Source: a virus
DNA: 64,000 nt
Virus record (IMG/VR): IMGVR_UViG_3300020202_000063
Coordinates: 34,579-98,578 of that record
Reading direction: 5' to 3' (one strand)
Shown: positions 1 through 9,648 of the stretch, one piece after another
How the letters are laid out: each line of letters begins with the position of its first letter
How positions within the stretch are numbered: the first letter of the stretch is position 1
Notes under the pieces: model-generated
The model's database searches: none
Told to the model about the DNA's origin: nothing
What the model saw: the letters and a program-made list of their open reading frames with translations, nothing else
Program-made: the position numbers and the translations under genes

Positions 1-19
1 GAATACCATCCAACTCGTC

Positions 20-1660
20 ATGCGTGCGTATTCGGGCTTCCCTGTATTTCGCAATGCAATCGAAGTATTAGTAGAATTTACAAATACGCCAATGCACCTT
101 AAAGGTGGTAATGCAAAATCGCGCGAATTCATTCAGGCGTGGTTCCAAAAGGTTGGCATGCAGAAATTGAGTGAGCAGTTCTTCCGTGAATACTATCGCT
201 CTGGTAATGTATTTTTGTATCGATTCGATGGGCGCATGCGCGATGCCGATTTTAAGCAAATGCAGCAGGTTTTCGGCGCCAAATCAAACATTATTCCTAT
301 CCGATATGTTTTGATTAACCCCACCAATGTATTTGTTGAGAACGCAATCATCACCAACAACTATACATATGTAAAACTCCTTTCGCCTTTTGAAGTTCAG
401 CGTTTAAAGCATCCTCAGACCCCAGAGGAGCGGGAAATGTTTGAATCGCTCCCCGATAATGTAAAGCAGCAGATTAAGAACGCCAGTGGTGGAGGGTTGA
501 AGCAGATATATGTTCCCATCGACTTAAATCGCCTTTATTACGTATTTTACAAAAAGCAGGATTATGAACCTCTGGCCACTCCTATGGGTTTCGGGGTTTT
601 AAATGACATTGAATATAAACTTCAGATGAAGCGTATTGATATGGCTCTTACCAAGACCATCGAGCACGCGTTCTTGAAGATTACTATGGGTAATGAGCCT
701 GATAAACATGGTATCAATCAAGCAAATATGCAATCGATGCAGGATATTTTTAAGAATTCCACCATCGGGCGCGTATTAGTAGCGGATTATACTACAAAAG
801 CCGAATGGGTTATTCCAGACTTAAAGAATCTGCTTGGTCCGGAGAAATATCAGGTTGTAAACGACGATATTCGAGAGGGTTTACAGTCCATACTACTCGG
901 CGATGATAAATTTGCAAATGCCGTCATCAAAGCACGCGTTTTCAATGAAAGACTTAAGGAGGGTCGAATGGTGTTCAAGCGTGATTTTCTTGAACCGGAA
1001 ATTCGTCGTATCTGTGCCGAAATGAATTTTAAATCTGCTCCTACTGTAGAATTTGAAGAAATCTTACTAGAAGACGACACAAATCTACAACGTCTTTACA
1101 CTCGTTGGGCTGAACTTGGTATCCTAGCACCTTGGGAACTTATTCGTGCAAAGCAAACGGGTCTTCTCCCAGAAAAGGCCGATAATATCGAGTCTCAGAA
1201 AGAATACAAAGATTTACGCGAAGACGAATTTTACTATCCACTTGTTGGGGCGTCCGCACCTAAAGATGGAGAGGCGTTGGCCGCACCATCAGGTAGACCA
1301 TCGGGTACAAAGTCCAAACAGACGACTAAAAAGGTCAGTCCAATTGGCGGCGGCGTTTCTTCTAAGAAGTTGATGAAAGCAATTTCGTTATCCAATGACC
1401 TTCTTGGTTCTGTACAGAGTGAATTCCGTAAGCGCTTTAATCTCAAAAAATTAGATAGTGCGCAACAAGACTTAACCGCTTCACTGGCAAAAGCCATTAT
1501 GGTAAACGAAGATATTGAGAAGTGGCAGGAGTGTGTTGCGAGCTATATGGATAGCCCAAAAGATATGAATAAAGAACAATGCGCTATAGTGGATGAGATA
1601 CGTATCGCGCATGAAGTAGATGAATGGCAAGCCATACTTCTTAACAAGTGTAAAATCTGA
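20..1660 (+). CDS. Phage portal protein (5'-truncated by window edge)
   Basis: Frame open to the window start; >546 aa; first gene of the portal-protease-decoration-capsid order; helical portal-like content. Confidence 0.7.
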   Translation: MRAYSGFPVFRNAIEVLVEFTNTPMHLKGGNAKSREFIQAWFQKVGMQKLSEQFFREYYRSGNVFLYRFDGRMRDADFKQMQQVFGAKSNIIPIRYVLINPTNVFVENAIITNNYTYVKLLSPFEVQRLKHPQTPEEREMFESLPDNVKQQIKNASGGGLKQIYVPIDLNRLYYVFYKKQDYEPLATPMGFGVLNDIEYKLQMKRIDMALTKTIEHAFLKITMGNEPDKHGINQANMQSMQDIFKNSTIGRVLVADYTTKAEWVIPDLKNLLGPEKYQVVNDDIREGLQSILLGDDKFANAVIKARVFNERLKEGRMVFKRDFLEPEIRRICAEMNFKSAPTVEFEEILLEDDTNLQRLYTRWAELGILAPWELIRAKQTGLLPEKADNIESQKEYKDLREDEFYYPLVGASAPKDGEALAAPSGRPSGTKSKQTTKKVSPIGGGVSSKKLMKAISLSNDLLGSVQSEFRKRFNLKKLDSAQQDLTASLAKAIMVNEDIEKWQECVASYMDSPKDMNKEQCAIVDEIRIAHEVDEWQAILLNKCKI

Positions 1661-1669
1661 TATTTATAA

Positions 1670-1675
1670 GTGTAA
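1670..1675 (+). promoter_or_regulatory. Putative late promoter motif GTGTAA
   Basis: AAGTGTAAATAAACATAC upstream of 1712; same motif precedes several virion genes. Confidence 0.55.
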
Positions 1676-1711
1676 ATAAACATACCAACCTTTAACTCAT
1701 ATATTGCGCTC

Positions 1712-2206
1712 ATGAAGAGAGAATTGACCCTTACCAACAAACGTTTCGCAGAAGAACTTGTTGCACATCTAAACGAAAAAGAACCTATCGCTAAGTTAGA
1801 GGAAAAGGATAGTAAGTTCATCGTCGCCTATGAGACCACAGCCGCCGATGGGCAATGTGTCGATGAGAAATTGGCGCAAGTTGCGCAATATCTTTTTAGA
1901 GTGGTTGATGACCGCTTCAATTATGTTCTTCGTCAAATTGACCAAATTTGGACTCAGTACGATAAACATACTGTCGGACATTTACCACAACTATCCCCAT
2001 CTGGCTTGGCCAAGCTTATTAAAGCAGCCGGTCAAGAAGATGATTTTGAGGTTCGTCCACGTATGGTTTGGGCATCTCAGGGTGGTATCGAATTTGGCGC
2101 ACAGGAACTCAAAGACGCACTTACAAAAATTAATGAAAGTGCCGAGGCTTCCACCGATAAGGATATCAGCCGCTTGATGGATGTAATTCGCGCCCAAAAG
2201 AAATAA
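1712..2206 (+). CDS. Hypothetical head-module protein
   Basis: 164 aa ORF; stop overlaps next start (TAATG). Confidence 0.6.
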   Translation: MKRELTLTNKRFAEELVAHLNEKEPIAKLEEKDSKFIVAYETTAADGQCVDEKLAQVAQYLFRVVDDRFNYVLRQIDQIWTQYDKHTVGHLPQLSPSGLAKLIKAAGQEDDFEVRPRMVWASQGGIEFGAQELKDALTKINESAEASTDKDISRLMDVIRAQKK

Positions 2207-3837
2207 TGGACGGTTTACCGGATATCTTCAAAGATAAGATAGAGATTTTTTCCACTATTAAGGTTATTGAGGAAACTCAGTCGCCTTTTAAGAAGGAAGA
2301 AATCACTGCTTCGTTAGATAAATTAAAGGATATTTTTCCTAAATGGGTAGATGTAGATTCTACTCCCGATATTCTATTTCTTGCCTCTAATCTAGTTGTG
2401 TGCGATGTAATGAATGGCAATCATGTTTGTTTGCCCCTTTCCGTCGCCAAAGAAGTATACAAAGGCTTTATTAATAAGCTTGTTGATATTGAGCATGATA
2501 GAAAGAGAATTGTTGGTTTTATTATAAATTCTGCTTTCACCAAAGTCGACACAGACGAAATTATAGAAGAGAAGGATTTGGATAGCTACGACGGTTTGGT
2601 CCAGATATCTTATGCTGCGGCCATCTGGCGTTTAGCCGCACCAAAATTATCCGCATTTTTACTCAAGGCGTCCAATCCAGAATCTAAAGAATACAATCAG
2701 GTAAGTTCAAGTTTTGAACTCGCAGTTAGTGATTGGGATATTGCAGTGGGTTCCCCTCATGTAAAGAATGCGCGTATCATCAAAAGGGGTGACAAAGATT
2801 TTGATTTGTATGCTGCATATCTCCCCAATAACAAAGGCTCTGGGAAGACTAAACAGGGTGACTTTGTATATCGCGTGATTAAGGGGGAAGTTCTTCCTAC
2901 GGGCGCGGGCTTGGTCGCCAATCCAGCAAGTCAAGTCGAAGGTATCTACACCTTAGTTGGAGAAGAAGATATAGTCGAAAAGGAAGAGGGTAAGGAAAAA
3001 GCTGATATAAGTGTAGTAGAGACTCCAAAAGTCGAGTCTACAGAGGTAACTACGGCAAATATTACGCTTCCTACCAATGAAATTTCTCAACAAAATATCG
3101 AAAATACTAAAATCGAGGGAAAACTAAGTGTAAACTCTAATACAACCCACTCTATGAAAATTACCAAAGTAGAAGATATCGTCGCATCTCTTTTTAAAGA
3201 GGAAACAACTGCAAGCGCCGTTACTGCTTTCATTGCTGCCGAGATTGCTAAGTCCAGTGAACAATATGTCAAGGATTTACAGGCGCAGAAAGACCTAAGT
3301 AAGAAGCTTGAGGAAGCAAAGGCTTCTGCGGAGACAAAGGCACAGGAACTTCAGACGAAGGTAACCGAACTTGCGAACCGCCTTAATGAAATTGAGGCTC
3401 AAAAGGCCGCTCAACAGGCCGAAGCAGATTTCAATCAACGTATGAATGCGTTTGAAGAAGAATATGACCTTGATGAAGAAGACCGCAAGTCTCTCACGGT
3501 TGATATTAAGGCATGCAAGACGAAGGAAGAATTCGAAACTTTCGTGGCTAAGATTAAGCCGCTCATGAAGGAAAAGAGCAAGACTTTCAAAAAGGAAAAA
3601 GCTTCCAAGCTTGAAGAGGCTGTTAAGGCCGCAAAAGCAACTGGCGTTTCTATTGATACCGTTAAGGTTGACCCAAAGACATTGGATTTCGTTGAAATCG
3701 TTGCTTCGGTAAAAGAGACACCAAAACAGGAAAATGTTCCAAACACACCTCCCCCAGCAGGAGAAAAGAGTCTTGTAGAGCGTATGCAGGCTTTCAAAGA
3801 CCAGATTAGCTTTAACGGCAAAGTCGTTAAACAGTAA
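2206..3837 (+). CDS. Prohead protease / scaffolding fusion
   Basis: N-terminal domain with DIEHD, SSSFE and GAGLVANPA protease-like motifs; acidic linker; long coiled-coil C-terminal half; lies between portal and capsid. Confidence 0.65.
   Translation: MDGLPDIFKDKIEIFSTIKVIEETQSPFKKEEITASLDKLKDIFPKWVDVDSTPDILFLASNLVVCDVMNGNHVCLPLSVAKEVYKGFINKLVDIEHDRKRIVGFIINSAFTKVDTDEIIEEKDLDSYDGLVQISYAAAIWRLAAPKLSAFLLKASNPESKEYNQVSSSFELAVSDWDIAVGSPHVKNARIIKRGDKDFDLYAAYLPNNKGSGKTKQGDFVYRVIKGEVLPTGAGLVANPASQVEGIYTLVGEEDIVEKEEGKEKADISVVETPKVESTEVTTANITLPTNEISQQNIENTKIEGKLSVNSNTTHSMKITKVEDIVASLFKEETTASAVTAFIAAEIAKSSEQYVKDLQAQKDLSKKLEEAKASAETKAQELQTKVTELANRLNEIEAQKAAQQAEADFNQRMNAFEEEYDLDEEDRKSLTVDIKACKTKEEFETFVAKIKPLMKEKSKTFKKEKASKLEEAVKAAKATGVSIDTVKVDPKTLDFVEIVASVKETPKQENVPNTPPPAGEKSLVERMQAFKDQISFNGKVVKQ
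3154..3837 (+). CDS. Putative nested in-frame scaffolding protein
   Basis: Internal GTGTAA motif (3128-3133) followed by in-frame ATG 3154 at the start of the coiled-coil half. Confidence 0.5.
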   Translation: MKITKVEDIVASLFKEETTASAVTAFIAAEIAKSSEQYVKDLQAQKDLSKKLEEAKASAETKAQELQTKVTELANRLNEIEAQKAAQQAEADFNQRMNAFEEEYDLDEEDRKSLTVDIKACKTKEEFETFVAKIKPLMKEKSKTFKKEKASKLEEAVKAAKATGVSIDTVKVDPKTLDFVEIVASVKETPKQENVPNTPPPAGEKSLVERMQAFKDQISFNGKVVKQ

Positions 3838-3866
3838 CCCCTATAAACTTTAATTTATAAAATAAC

Positions 3867-4508
3867 ATGCCAAATACAACCACATTTGCAAATACTCGTA
3901 TTCACCCAACGAGAGACTATAGTGAACACGAAGTCATTAATATGTTCTCGAAGGACCGTACTGGTGAGGCAGGCGAACTCGTAAGAATCGTTCGTAGCAC
4001 ACCAAGCGAAACCAACAAATTCAGCAATACAACTGTCGGCGCGTCTTTCAGCCGCACGTACAATAAGTTCTACGAAACAACCGACAAGGTTCGCGCTACG
4101 GCGGGCGGTCAGTATGCAGACACGAAGTACAACGTACTCGGTTTGACGCTGAATGCTACCCTTTCGCATGACGAAAACGGTCTTCCACTTTTCAATAACC
4201 CGCAGCGCCGCGAGGAATTGCAGTGCGTTATGTCCGGTGAAACGGTTCCCGTTCTCCGTCGTGGTGTTATTGGTGTTTATAGCAATGGCTATGTTGGCAC
4301 CCCAACAGTCGGCTACGCAGTAGTACCATTCTCCGGTGGTAACGGTATGCTCGCTTTCGTTGACCCAACTAATACAGGCGAACTTGGTGGTATCGGTGGT
4401 TCAGTTCTCCCAACGCCACGTTATCGCGAAAATCAAGTCATTGGTTACTGCCTTAGCTCGTCCGGTGATGAACTTGGAGGCTACGCCCTTATCAGTCTCG
4501 AACTCTAA
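3867..4508 (+). CDS. Head decoration / capsid cement protein
   Basis: 213 aa, directly upstream of the capsid gene; GETVPVLRRG..IGYCLS pattern typical of beta-tulip decoration proteins. Confidence 0.55.
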   Translation: MPNTTTFANTRIHPTRDYSEHEVINMFSKDRTGEAGELVRIVRSTPSETNKFSNTTVGASFSRTYNKFYETTDKVRATAGGQYADTKYNVLGLTLNATLSHDENGLPLFNNPQRREELQCVMSGETVPVLRRGVIGVYSNGYVGTPTVGYAVVPFSGGNGMLAFVDPTNTGELGGIGGSVLPTPRYRENQVIGYCLSSSGDELGGYALISLEL

Positions 4509-4539
4509 GTTTTAAACCAACAGAAAGGAAACTTTTTAC

Positions 4540-5649
4540 ATGAAAATTACCATCAATAGAACACCAGAGCAAGTTGAACTTGTGAAGCTTATGGCTAGCA
4601 AGAACAAGTTGAAGGCTATCGAAGCTCAAGAGGCATTCGCTGCTTTCATCGCCCCTGTTATCCAGAACATTCTTCAACAGGCTCCCGTTATCTCCCGCTT
4701 TTATAAGGACATCGCATACGATTCCAATAGCAATCCATCAATTCCTCTCGACCTATATTACGACGTAACCCAGAAGGGTCTCGTTCGCGTATGGTCACAG
4801 ACAATGCCCGGTAGCTTGGCTACAGCCATCACTCAGGGTATCACGGAAATGATTCCTTCTACATACAATCTTACCTCTGCCGTATCGTTCCTCAAGAGCT
4901 ATGCCGCAGCCGGTCGCTTGGATGTAGTTGCAAAGACACTTGAACGCATGGCGCAGGAAGTATTGCTCAAGCAGGAAGTCAATTCCGCTTCGGTTATGCT
5001 CTCCGCTCTCGCTGGCGCGCAGTACGGCAATACAAATGCCTATCAGACAATTCGCTCTACGAACAAGGCAAACTTGGTTCCAAACGACCTCCTTCGTTTG
5101 ATGACATTGGCCGCGCGCGTCAACGCTTCGTGGGTTGGTGGTACTCCTACCAATGCTCCCCGTGGTTTGACCGACCTTATTCTCTCGCCAGAAGCGGTTG
5201 AGAAGGTCAAGGGTTGGGCATATGAGCCACTTAATACACGTGGCGCCGCAATTCCAACTCAGGCTGGTATTGCAGAGCAAATCTATAACACTGCTGGTCT
5301 CCCAAGCATCTACGGTGTTACGCTCAATCAGGTTAACGAATTCGGTGTAGGATACTCCTACAATACGATTTTCGATACCGCCGCAGGTTCTAATTCGTAC
5401 CCAGCATCGCCAACTGGTGGTTCTGCCGCCGCATTCGACGGCACCAGTGAGGAAATCATTGTTGGTCTCGATGCAACACGCGATAATCTTCTCCGTCCAG
5501 TTCTTACCAATGGTAATGAAGGAAGCACGTTTGAGATTAGCGCCGACGACCAATTCTTCGTCCGTTCGGAAAAGATTGGCTTCTACGGTAAACTCCGTGA
5601 AGGTCGCGTTGCAGTCGATACCCGCGCAATGCTCGGCCTCATTATGTAA
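4540..5649 (+). CDS. Major capsid protein
   Basis: 369 aa; HK97-like features (LERMAQEVLLKQE spine helix, C-terminal KIGFYGKLREGRVAVD); AAGGA RBS; followed by terminator. Confidence 0.8.
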   Translation: MKITINRTPEQVELVKLMASKNKLKAIEAQEAFAAFIAPVIQNILQQAPVISRFYKDIAYDSNSNPSIPLDLYYDVTQKGLVRVWSQTMPGSLATAITQGITEMIPSTYNLTSAVSFLKSYAAAGRLDVVAKTLERMAQEVLLKQEVNSASVMLSALAGAQYGNTNAYQTIRSTNKANLVPNDLLRLMTLAARVNASWVGGTPTNAPRGLTDLILSPEAVEKVKGWAYEPLNTRGAAIPTQAGIAEQIYNTAGLPSIYGVTLNQVNEFGVGYSYNTIFDTAAGSNSYPASPTGGSAAAFDGTSEEIIVGLDATRDNLLRPVLTNGNEGSTFEISADDQFFVRSEKIGFYGKLREGRVAVDTRAMLGLIM

Positions 5650-5670
5650 GGTCGATAAAATCGATTCTCG

Positions 5671-5708
5671 AAGCCCCCTTTCTGAAGAAGATTGGGGGTT
5701 TTTTATTT
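5671..5708 (+). terminator. Rho-independent terminator
   Basis: GCCCCC...GGGGGT stem followed by T-run after the capsid gene. Confidence 0.8.
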
Positions 5709-5740
5709 CGTTATTGTGGCCTCCCCGCGTATTATCATAC

Positions 5741-6190
5741 ATGGAAAAAGTAAATAACGATAAACAAAGAAAATGTGCCCGATGTAAAAATATATTTCCA
5801 CTAGACTTGTTTCCAATAAATCGTGGTTTAAAACATGGACATGGCTACTATTGTAAGAATTGTAAAAACATAGTTAAACGCGAAAACAGACATCGTTATA
5901 GAGATAGAGAAAAAACTAAGATACAAACAATTAAATATAAGTATGGCCTCTCAGAACAAGAATATATTAATTTACTAGAAAGGTCTGGTCACCAATGCGC
6001 AATTTGTAAACGCTCCGATAAGAGGTTAGTTATAGACCATAATCATCAAACAAAACAAGTTCGTGGTTTACTCTGTGCCACATGCAATACTGGTCTCGGA
6101 CACTTCTATGAAGATGAAGTAATCCTTACTGGCGCTATAAATTATGTAAAAACCCATAAAATATTGCGCATTAATCAAAATCGAACATAG
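5741..6190 (+). CDS. Endonuclease VII-family (HNH-like) free-standing endonuclease
   Basis: CARC..CKNC zinc finger; KYGLSEQEY, CAIC, VIDHNH..VRGLLCATCNTGLG. Confidence 0.85.
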   Translation: MEKVNNDKQRKCARCKNIFPLDLFPINRGLKHGHGYYCKNCKNIVKRENRHRYRDREKTKIQTIKYKYGLSEQEYINLLERSGHQCAICKRSDKRLVIDHNHQTKQVRGLLCATCNTGLGHFYEDEVILTGAINYVKTHKILRINQNRT

Positions 6191-6200
6191 AATATGTGTA

Positions 6201-6383
6201 ATGGGTGGCATGCAATCAAAGATTAAAATTACAGAAACTACAATTGAATTCGAAGAAATCAATGGAAAATTAGAAGCCCCCACACTCGACGATTTGGAAG
6301 CTTTTTCTCGGAATTTAACTGACGAGGATAAAGAAGAGATTAAGAAATATTTCGCCAATCGTAAACCCAATACACTTAAATAA
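6201..6383 (+). CDS. Hypothetical protein
   Basis: 60 aa ORF tightly packed. Confidence 0.45.
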   Translation: MGGMQSKIKITETTIEFEEINGKLEAPTLDDLEAFSRNLTDEDKEEIKKYFANRKPNTLK

Positions 6384-6384
6384 T

Positions 6385-6762
6385 ATGCCTAAAAAGAAAA
6401 TTCCATCAACAGAAATTACTGGCGATTTAAAGCCGCGTCTCTCTCTTTATGAAATGGTTGGACTAAATGTCAATCCATATAACCAAAGAACTCTTGAAGA
6501 GTATCAGGCTTACCTAGACACACTCAGTTTTATTGAGTTACATGAGCATGCCGCGCAGGAAGCGGGTGTGGTGCCGATTGACGATAGAGAGAAGCTATTA
6601 GAAAGACTTAGCCGCCAATTCATCGTTGTAAATGGTCAATTAGAAGCGAATGCAATTCAGGTTAAAGAATCGCGGGAACAACTTGAGGCTTCAAAGAAGA
6701 AGTCGAAACTAAGTCCTGAAAAACAGCGCCAACTCAAGGAAATTTTGGCAAGAGGCCGTTAA
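6385..6762 (+). CDS. Hypothetical protein
   Basis: 125 aa ORF in the structural operon. Confidence 0.6.
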   Translation: MPKKKIPSTEITGDLKPRLSLYEMVGLNVNPYNQRTLEEYQAYLDTLSFIELHEHAAQEAGVVPIDDREKLLERLSRQFIVVNGQLEANAIQVKESREQLEASKKKSKLSPEKQRQLKEILARGR

Positions 6763-6801
6763 TTTAGTGTAACTTATAGATACAAAAACCCTTTTTAAAC
6801 C

Positions 6802-7239
6802 ATGGCTTCTCTAGTCTATAGCAAATTTATCCAAAACGTCTTCAATGGTACGATTTCTCAGGTGGATTTTGATACCAACACCTTCAAGATGTTGTTAGTT
6901 ACATCTTCTTACACACCAGATAGGGATGCACACGATTTTCGTAATGATATAACAAATGAAGTGGCAAACGGTAACGGATATACAACTGGCGGTGCCACTT
7001 TTGGCGCGATTACTGTAACACTTGACACTACCAATGACCGTATTGATATTACATTCCCGACAATTTCTTGGGCGAGTGCAACGTTTACTGCGCGCGCAGG
7101 TGTCATATACAAGGATGCGGGCGGGGCCGCAAGCGACCCCCTTATTGCGTACGTTGATTTTGGTACGGACGTAACCGCTACCGCTGGTACTTTCACAGTC
7201 ACGTTCTCTGGTCCATTACGCTTCTCTAACGCAGCCTAA
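6802..7239 (+). CDS. Virion structural protein (tail/fibre-associated)
   Basis: NEV..GNGYTTGG and PLIAYVDFGTD..GTFTVTF pattern common in phage structural genes; GTGTAA motif at 6767-6772. Confidence 0.65.
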   Translation: MASLVYSKFIQNVFNGTISQVDFDTNTFKMLLVTSSYTPDRDAHDFRNDITNEVANGNGYTTGGATFGAITVTLDTTNDRIDITFPTISWASATFTARAGVIYKDAGGAASDPLIAYVDFGTDVTATAGTFTVTFSGPLRFSNAA

Positions 7240-7251
7240 TTAGGATAACAT

Positions 7252-7590
7252 ATGGCTGATGCCCATAAAAATTTCAGTATCAGCGCTGTAACTAATAATC
7301 CGGGAACCGGTGGAACCTCACTCACTATAACGAGCGGCCATACGACCCGATTTCCCGACGCGCCTTTTAATGCTACTGTTTGTCCGGCCAGTACAACTCC
7401 GGACCCAAGCAATTCTGAAATTGTCCGGGTGATAGCCGTAGATGCCGGAACAAATACGTTCACAATTCAGCGCGCCCAAGAAAATACAACGGCCCGAAAT
7501 ATCGTGGCAACCGATTCAATATTTGCGTCGGTTACGGTTAAAACTTTAACCGATGTTGAAACAGTAGCAAATCTAATGTTATTAATCTAA
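7252..7590 (+). CDS. Virion structural protein
   Basis: EIVRV..TFTIQRAQENTTAR motif seen in tail-fibre N-terminal modules. Confidence 0.6.
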   Translation: MADAHKNFSISAVTNNPGTGGTSLTITSGHTTRFPDAPFNATVCPASTTPDPSNSEIVRVIAVDAGTNTFTIQRAQENTTARNIVATDSIFASVTVKTLTDVETVANLMLLI

Positions 7591-7593
7591 TCC

Positions 7594-8016
7594 ATGCCTA
7601 AACAAACTGCACTTTATCTCCCTGCTAACGTCAATAATTCGGGCGTAAATTTTGTCAATTCCGATGGCGTAGCATTCAAGAATCTTTACACTGCCGGAAA
7701 TAATGATTCGGACGTTTATTCTATCATTGCCGCGAGTAATGATTCTTCAGTTCGCGCCTTTCAATTAGCAATTCAACGTTCATCCATAAACTATCCACTT
7801 GGGACCATTTCAATTCCTACTGGTGCGGGCGGCACAAGCGCCGCTGTCCCTTCTGTCGATATGATAAATTCTACTTCCGTGCCGGGTTTACCCGTAAATG
7901 GCGCTGGTAAGCGATATATCTCCCTTCGTTCGGGTGAAAATCTTGTTGTAGCGCCAATGGTGGCATTCACTGCGGGTGCAACTGGTTGGGTATCAGCCTT
8001 TGGTCAAGATTATTAA
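7594..8016 (+). CDS. Virion structural protein
   Basis: 140 aa beta-rich ORF in the tail cluster. Confidence 0.55.
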   Translation: MPKQTALYLPANVNNSGVNFVNSDGVAFKNLYTAGNNDSDVYSIIAASNDSSVRAFQLAIQRSSINYPLGTISIPTGAGGTSAAVPSVDMINSTSVPGLPVNGAGKRYISLRSGENLVVAPMVAFTAGATGWVSAFGQDY

Positions 8017-8021
8017 AATTT

Positions 8022-9143
8022 ATGCGCGTTTTAACGTCCCCTCAATTCAGGCCCGCGCCTGTTACTCAAACTGCGTTGGACGATGTACGCAAGTCTTCAC
8101 GTATTAAAATTTCGCAGGCGGCGCATGGTTTAGTCGCAGAAGATGTAGTTTATAGTAATGCTGGTATTTGGGCCAAAGCAAAAGCGGATGCATTAACCAC
8201 ATCTTCGGTTGTTGGAGTTGTTGAGTCTGTTCTCGATATCAATACCGCCATAATCGTTATAAACGGTGAATTTACATTCACTACCGCCAAAACATCCAGC
8301 AGTATTTATTATTTGTCGGATACTACAGCGGGGCTACTTACCCTTACACCGCCAACAGCTACAACTTCATATGTTGTTCAAGTGATAATTACGACGAGTA
8401 CGGGCGCGGCATTTGTACAGGTTGGGGAACCAATGGCGTTGGCAAAATTGGCGATTACCGATATTGACAAGATGGATGCCACAACAGTAAATGGAGACCC
8501 AAATTCTAAAGTCGCTATTGGTTCGCATTTTTTAACGACTGAACCATTTACAACGATAACAGCCAATACAGGTACAGCTACTATTGCTGCGGCAGCGAGC
8601 GCACAAGGTATATTAACATTAAGTACCGAATCTAATTCAGCGGGTACAGCCGGTATTTATATTGGTCAGACTACTGGCACCCTAAATCAAATCGGATTGG
8701 GGCCAATAACAATTAAGGGAAGAATTAATCTTCCTGCGCTTTCAACAGCCAGCGAAGAATACATCTTTCGCTTTGGACTTGGTAACAACGTTACTGCTGC
8801 ACCTACCATCGGTGTATTTTTTGAATATGATAGAGCATCAAATACGCTATGGCGATTGAGGAGTGGTAACGGTTCAGTTACAACGGTAAATGCTAGCGGA
8901 ACTGGTTCAACTGTAGTACAAGCCACTTGGACAAAACTGCGTATTGAAATAAATGCTGCCGGTACAGCCGCAGAATTTTTTGTTAATGATGTTTCGATGG
9001 GTGTCGCAACAGGAACAATGCCAGTAAGCCCCGGTAACACATGCGGTCTTTTCGTTTCTATTATTAAAAGTGCGGGTACAACTGCTCGTACAGCCCAAGT
9101 TGATTATGCTTGGATGAAATTAGATATAACAAATCCAATGTAA
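8022..9143 (+). CDS. Tail fibre-like protein
   Basis: T/G/A-rich; YYLSDTTAGLLT motif; C-terminal concanavalin-like domain; start moved to ATG 8022. Confidence 0.6.
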   Translation: MRVLTSPQFRPAPVTQTALDDVRKSSRIKISQAAHGLVAEDVVYSNAGIWAKAKADALTTSSVVGVVESVLDINTAIIVINGEFTFTTAKTSSSIYYLSDTTAGLLTLTPPTATTSYVVQVIITTSTGAAFVQVGEPMALAKLAITDIDKMDATTVNGDPNSKVAIGSHFLTTEPFTTITANTGTATIAAAASAQGILTLSTESNSAGTAGIYIGQTTGTLNQIGLGPITIKGRINLPALSTASEEYIFRFGLGNNVTAAPTIGVFFEYDRASNTLWRLRSGNGSVTTVNASGTGSTVVQATWTKLRIEINAAGTAAEFFVNDVSMGVATGTMPVSPGNTCGLFVSIIKSAGTTARTAQVDYAWMKLDITNPM

Positions 9144-9149
9144 CATAAT

Positions 9150-9644
9150 ATGATACTACACGTTTGGAAAAATCCTAATTCTCGTTGTTTGGCTGAATGT
9201 ATTCAAATTCAGGACAAACAGCCATATAGTACGATTGACCCTGAAACTGGCACAAAAATATATTTACCAATTCCTGTCGAAGACATTCCTGCTTTACCAT
9301 ATGAAATTATTGGTGATGGGTCTGTAGAGGATTTTGAAGCGTGGAGGGTACAACAAATAGCTACAGGCTGGGTCGCAGCGCCGCCAGAGCCAATAGTCCC
9401 ATCCGCAGTTACTTGTGCAACTTTACGTATAGCTATAAAACGTCTTTATGGAATTACAGAAGAAAATGTTGATGCATTGATTGCTGGAATTTCGGATGTA
9501 AATGCCAAATGGGAAGCCGAAACCCTTTGGAAGAAATCTCCAACAATTAGGAGACGGCATCCTCTTGTATTATCCTTTTCGGCAGCGTTTGGATTAACCT
9601 CTAGTCAAGTAGACCAAGCGTTTATATTAGCTGAGACTTTGTAA
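9150..9644 (+). CDS. Tail fibre assembly/chaperone-like protein
   Basis: C-terminal W..S..I.R.HPLV..FGLTSSQVDQAF pattern typical of fibre-associated proteins. Confidence 0.55.
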   Translation: MILHVWKNPNSRCLAECIQIQDKQPYSTIDPETGTKIYLPIPVEDIPALPYEIIGDGSVEDFEAWRVQQIATGWVAAPPEPIVPSAVTCATLRIAIKRLYGITEENVDALIAGISDVNAKWEAETLWKKSPTIRRRHPLVLSFSAAFGLTSSQVDQAFILAETL

Positions 9645-9648
9645 TCGA

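Noticed and set aside
4795-5742. 315-aa antisense ORF over the capsid gene (and 12161-13306, 28722-29411, 50365-50973)
   Set aside because: Shadow frames of biased or repetitive coding sequence with no recognisable motifs
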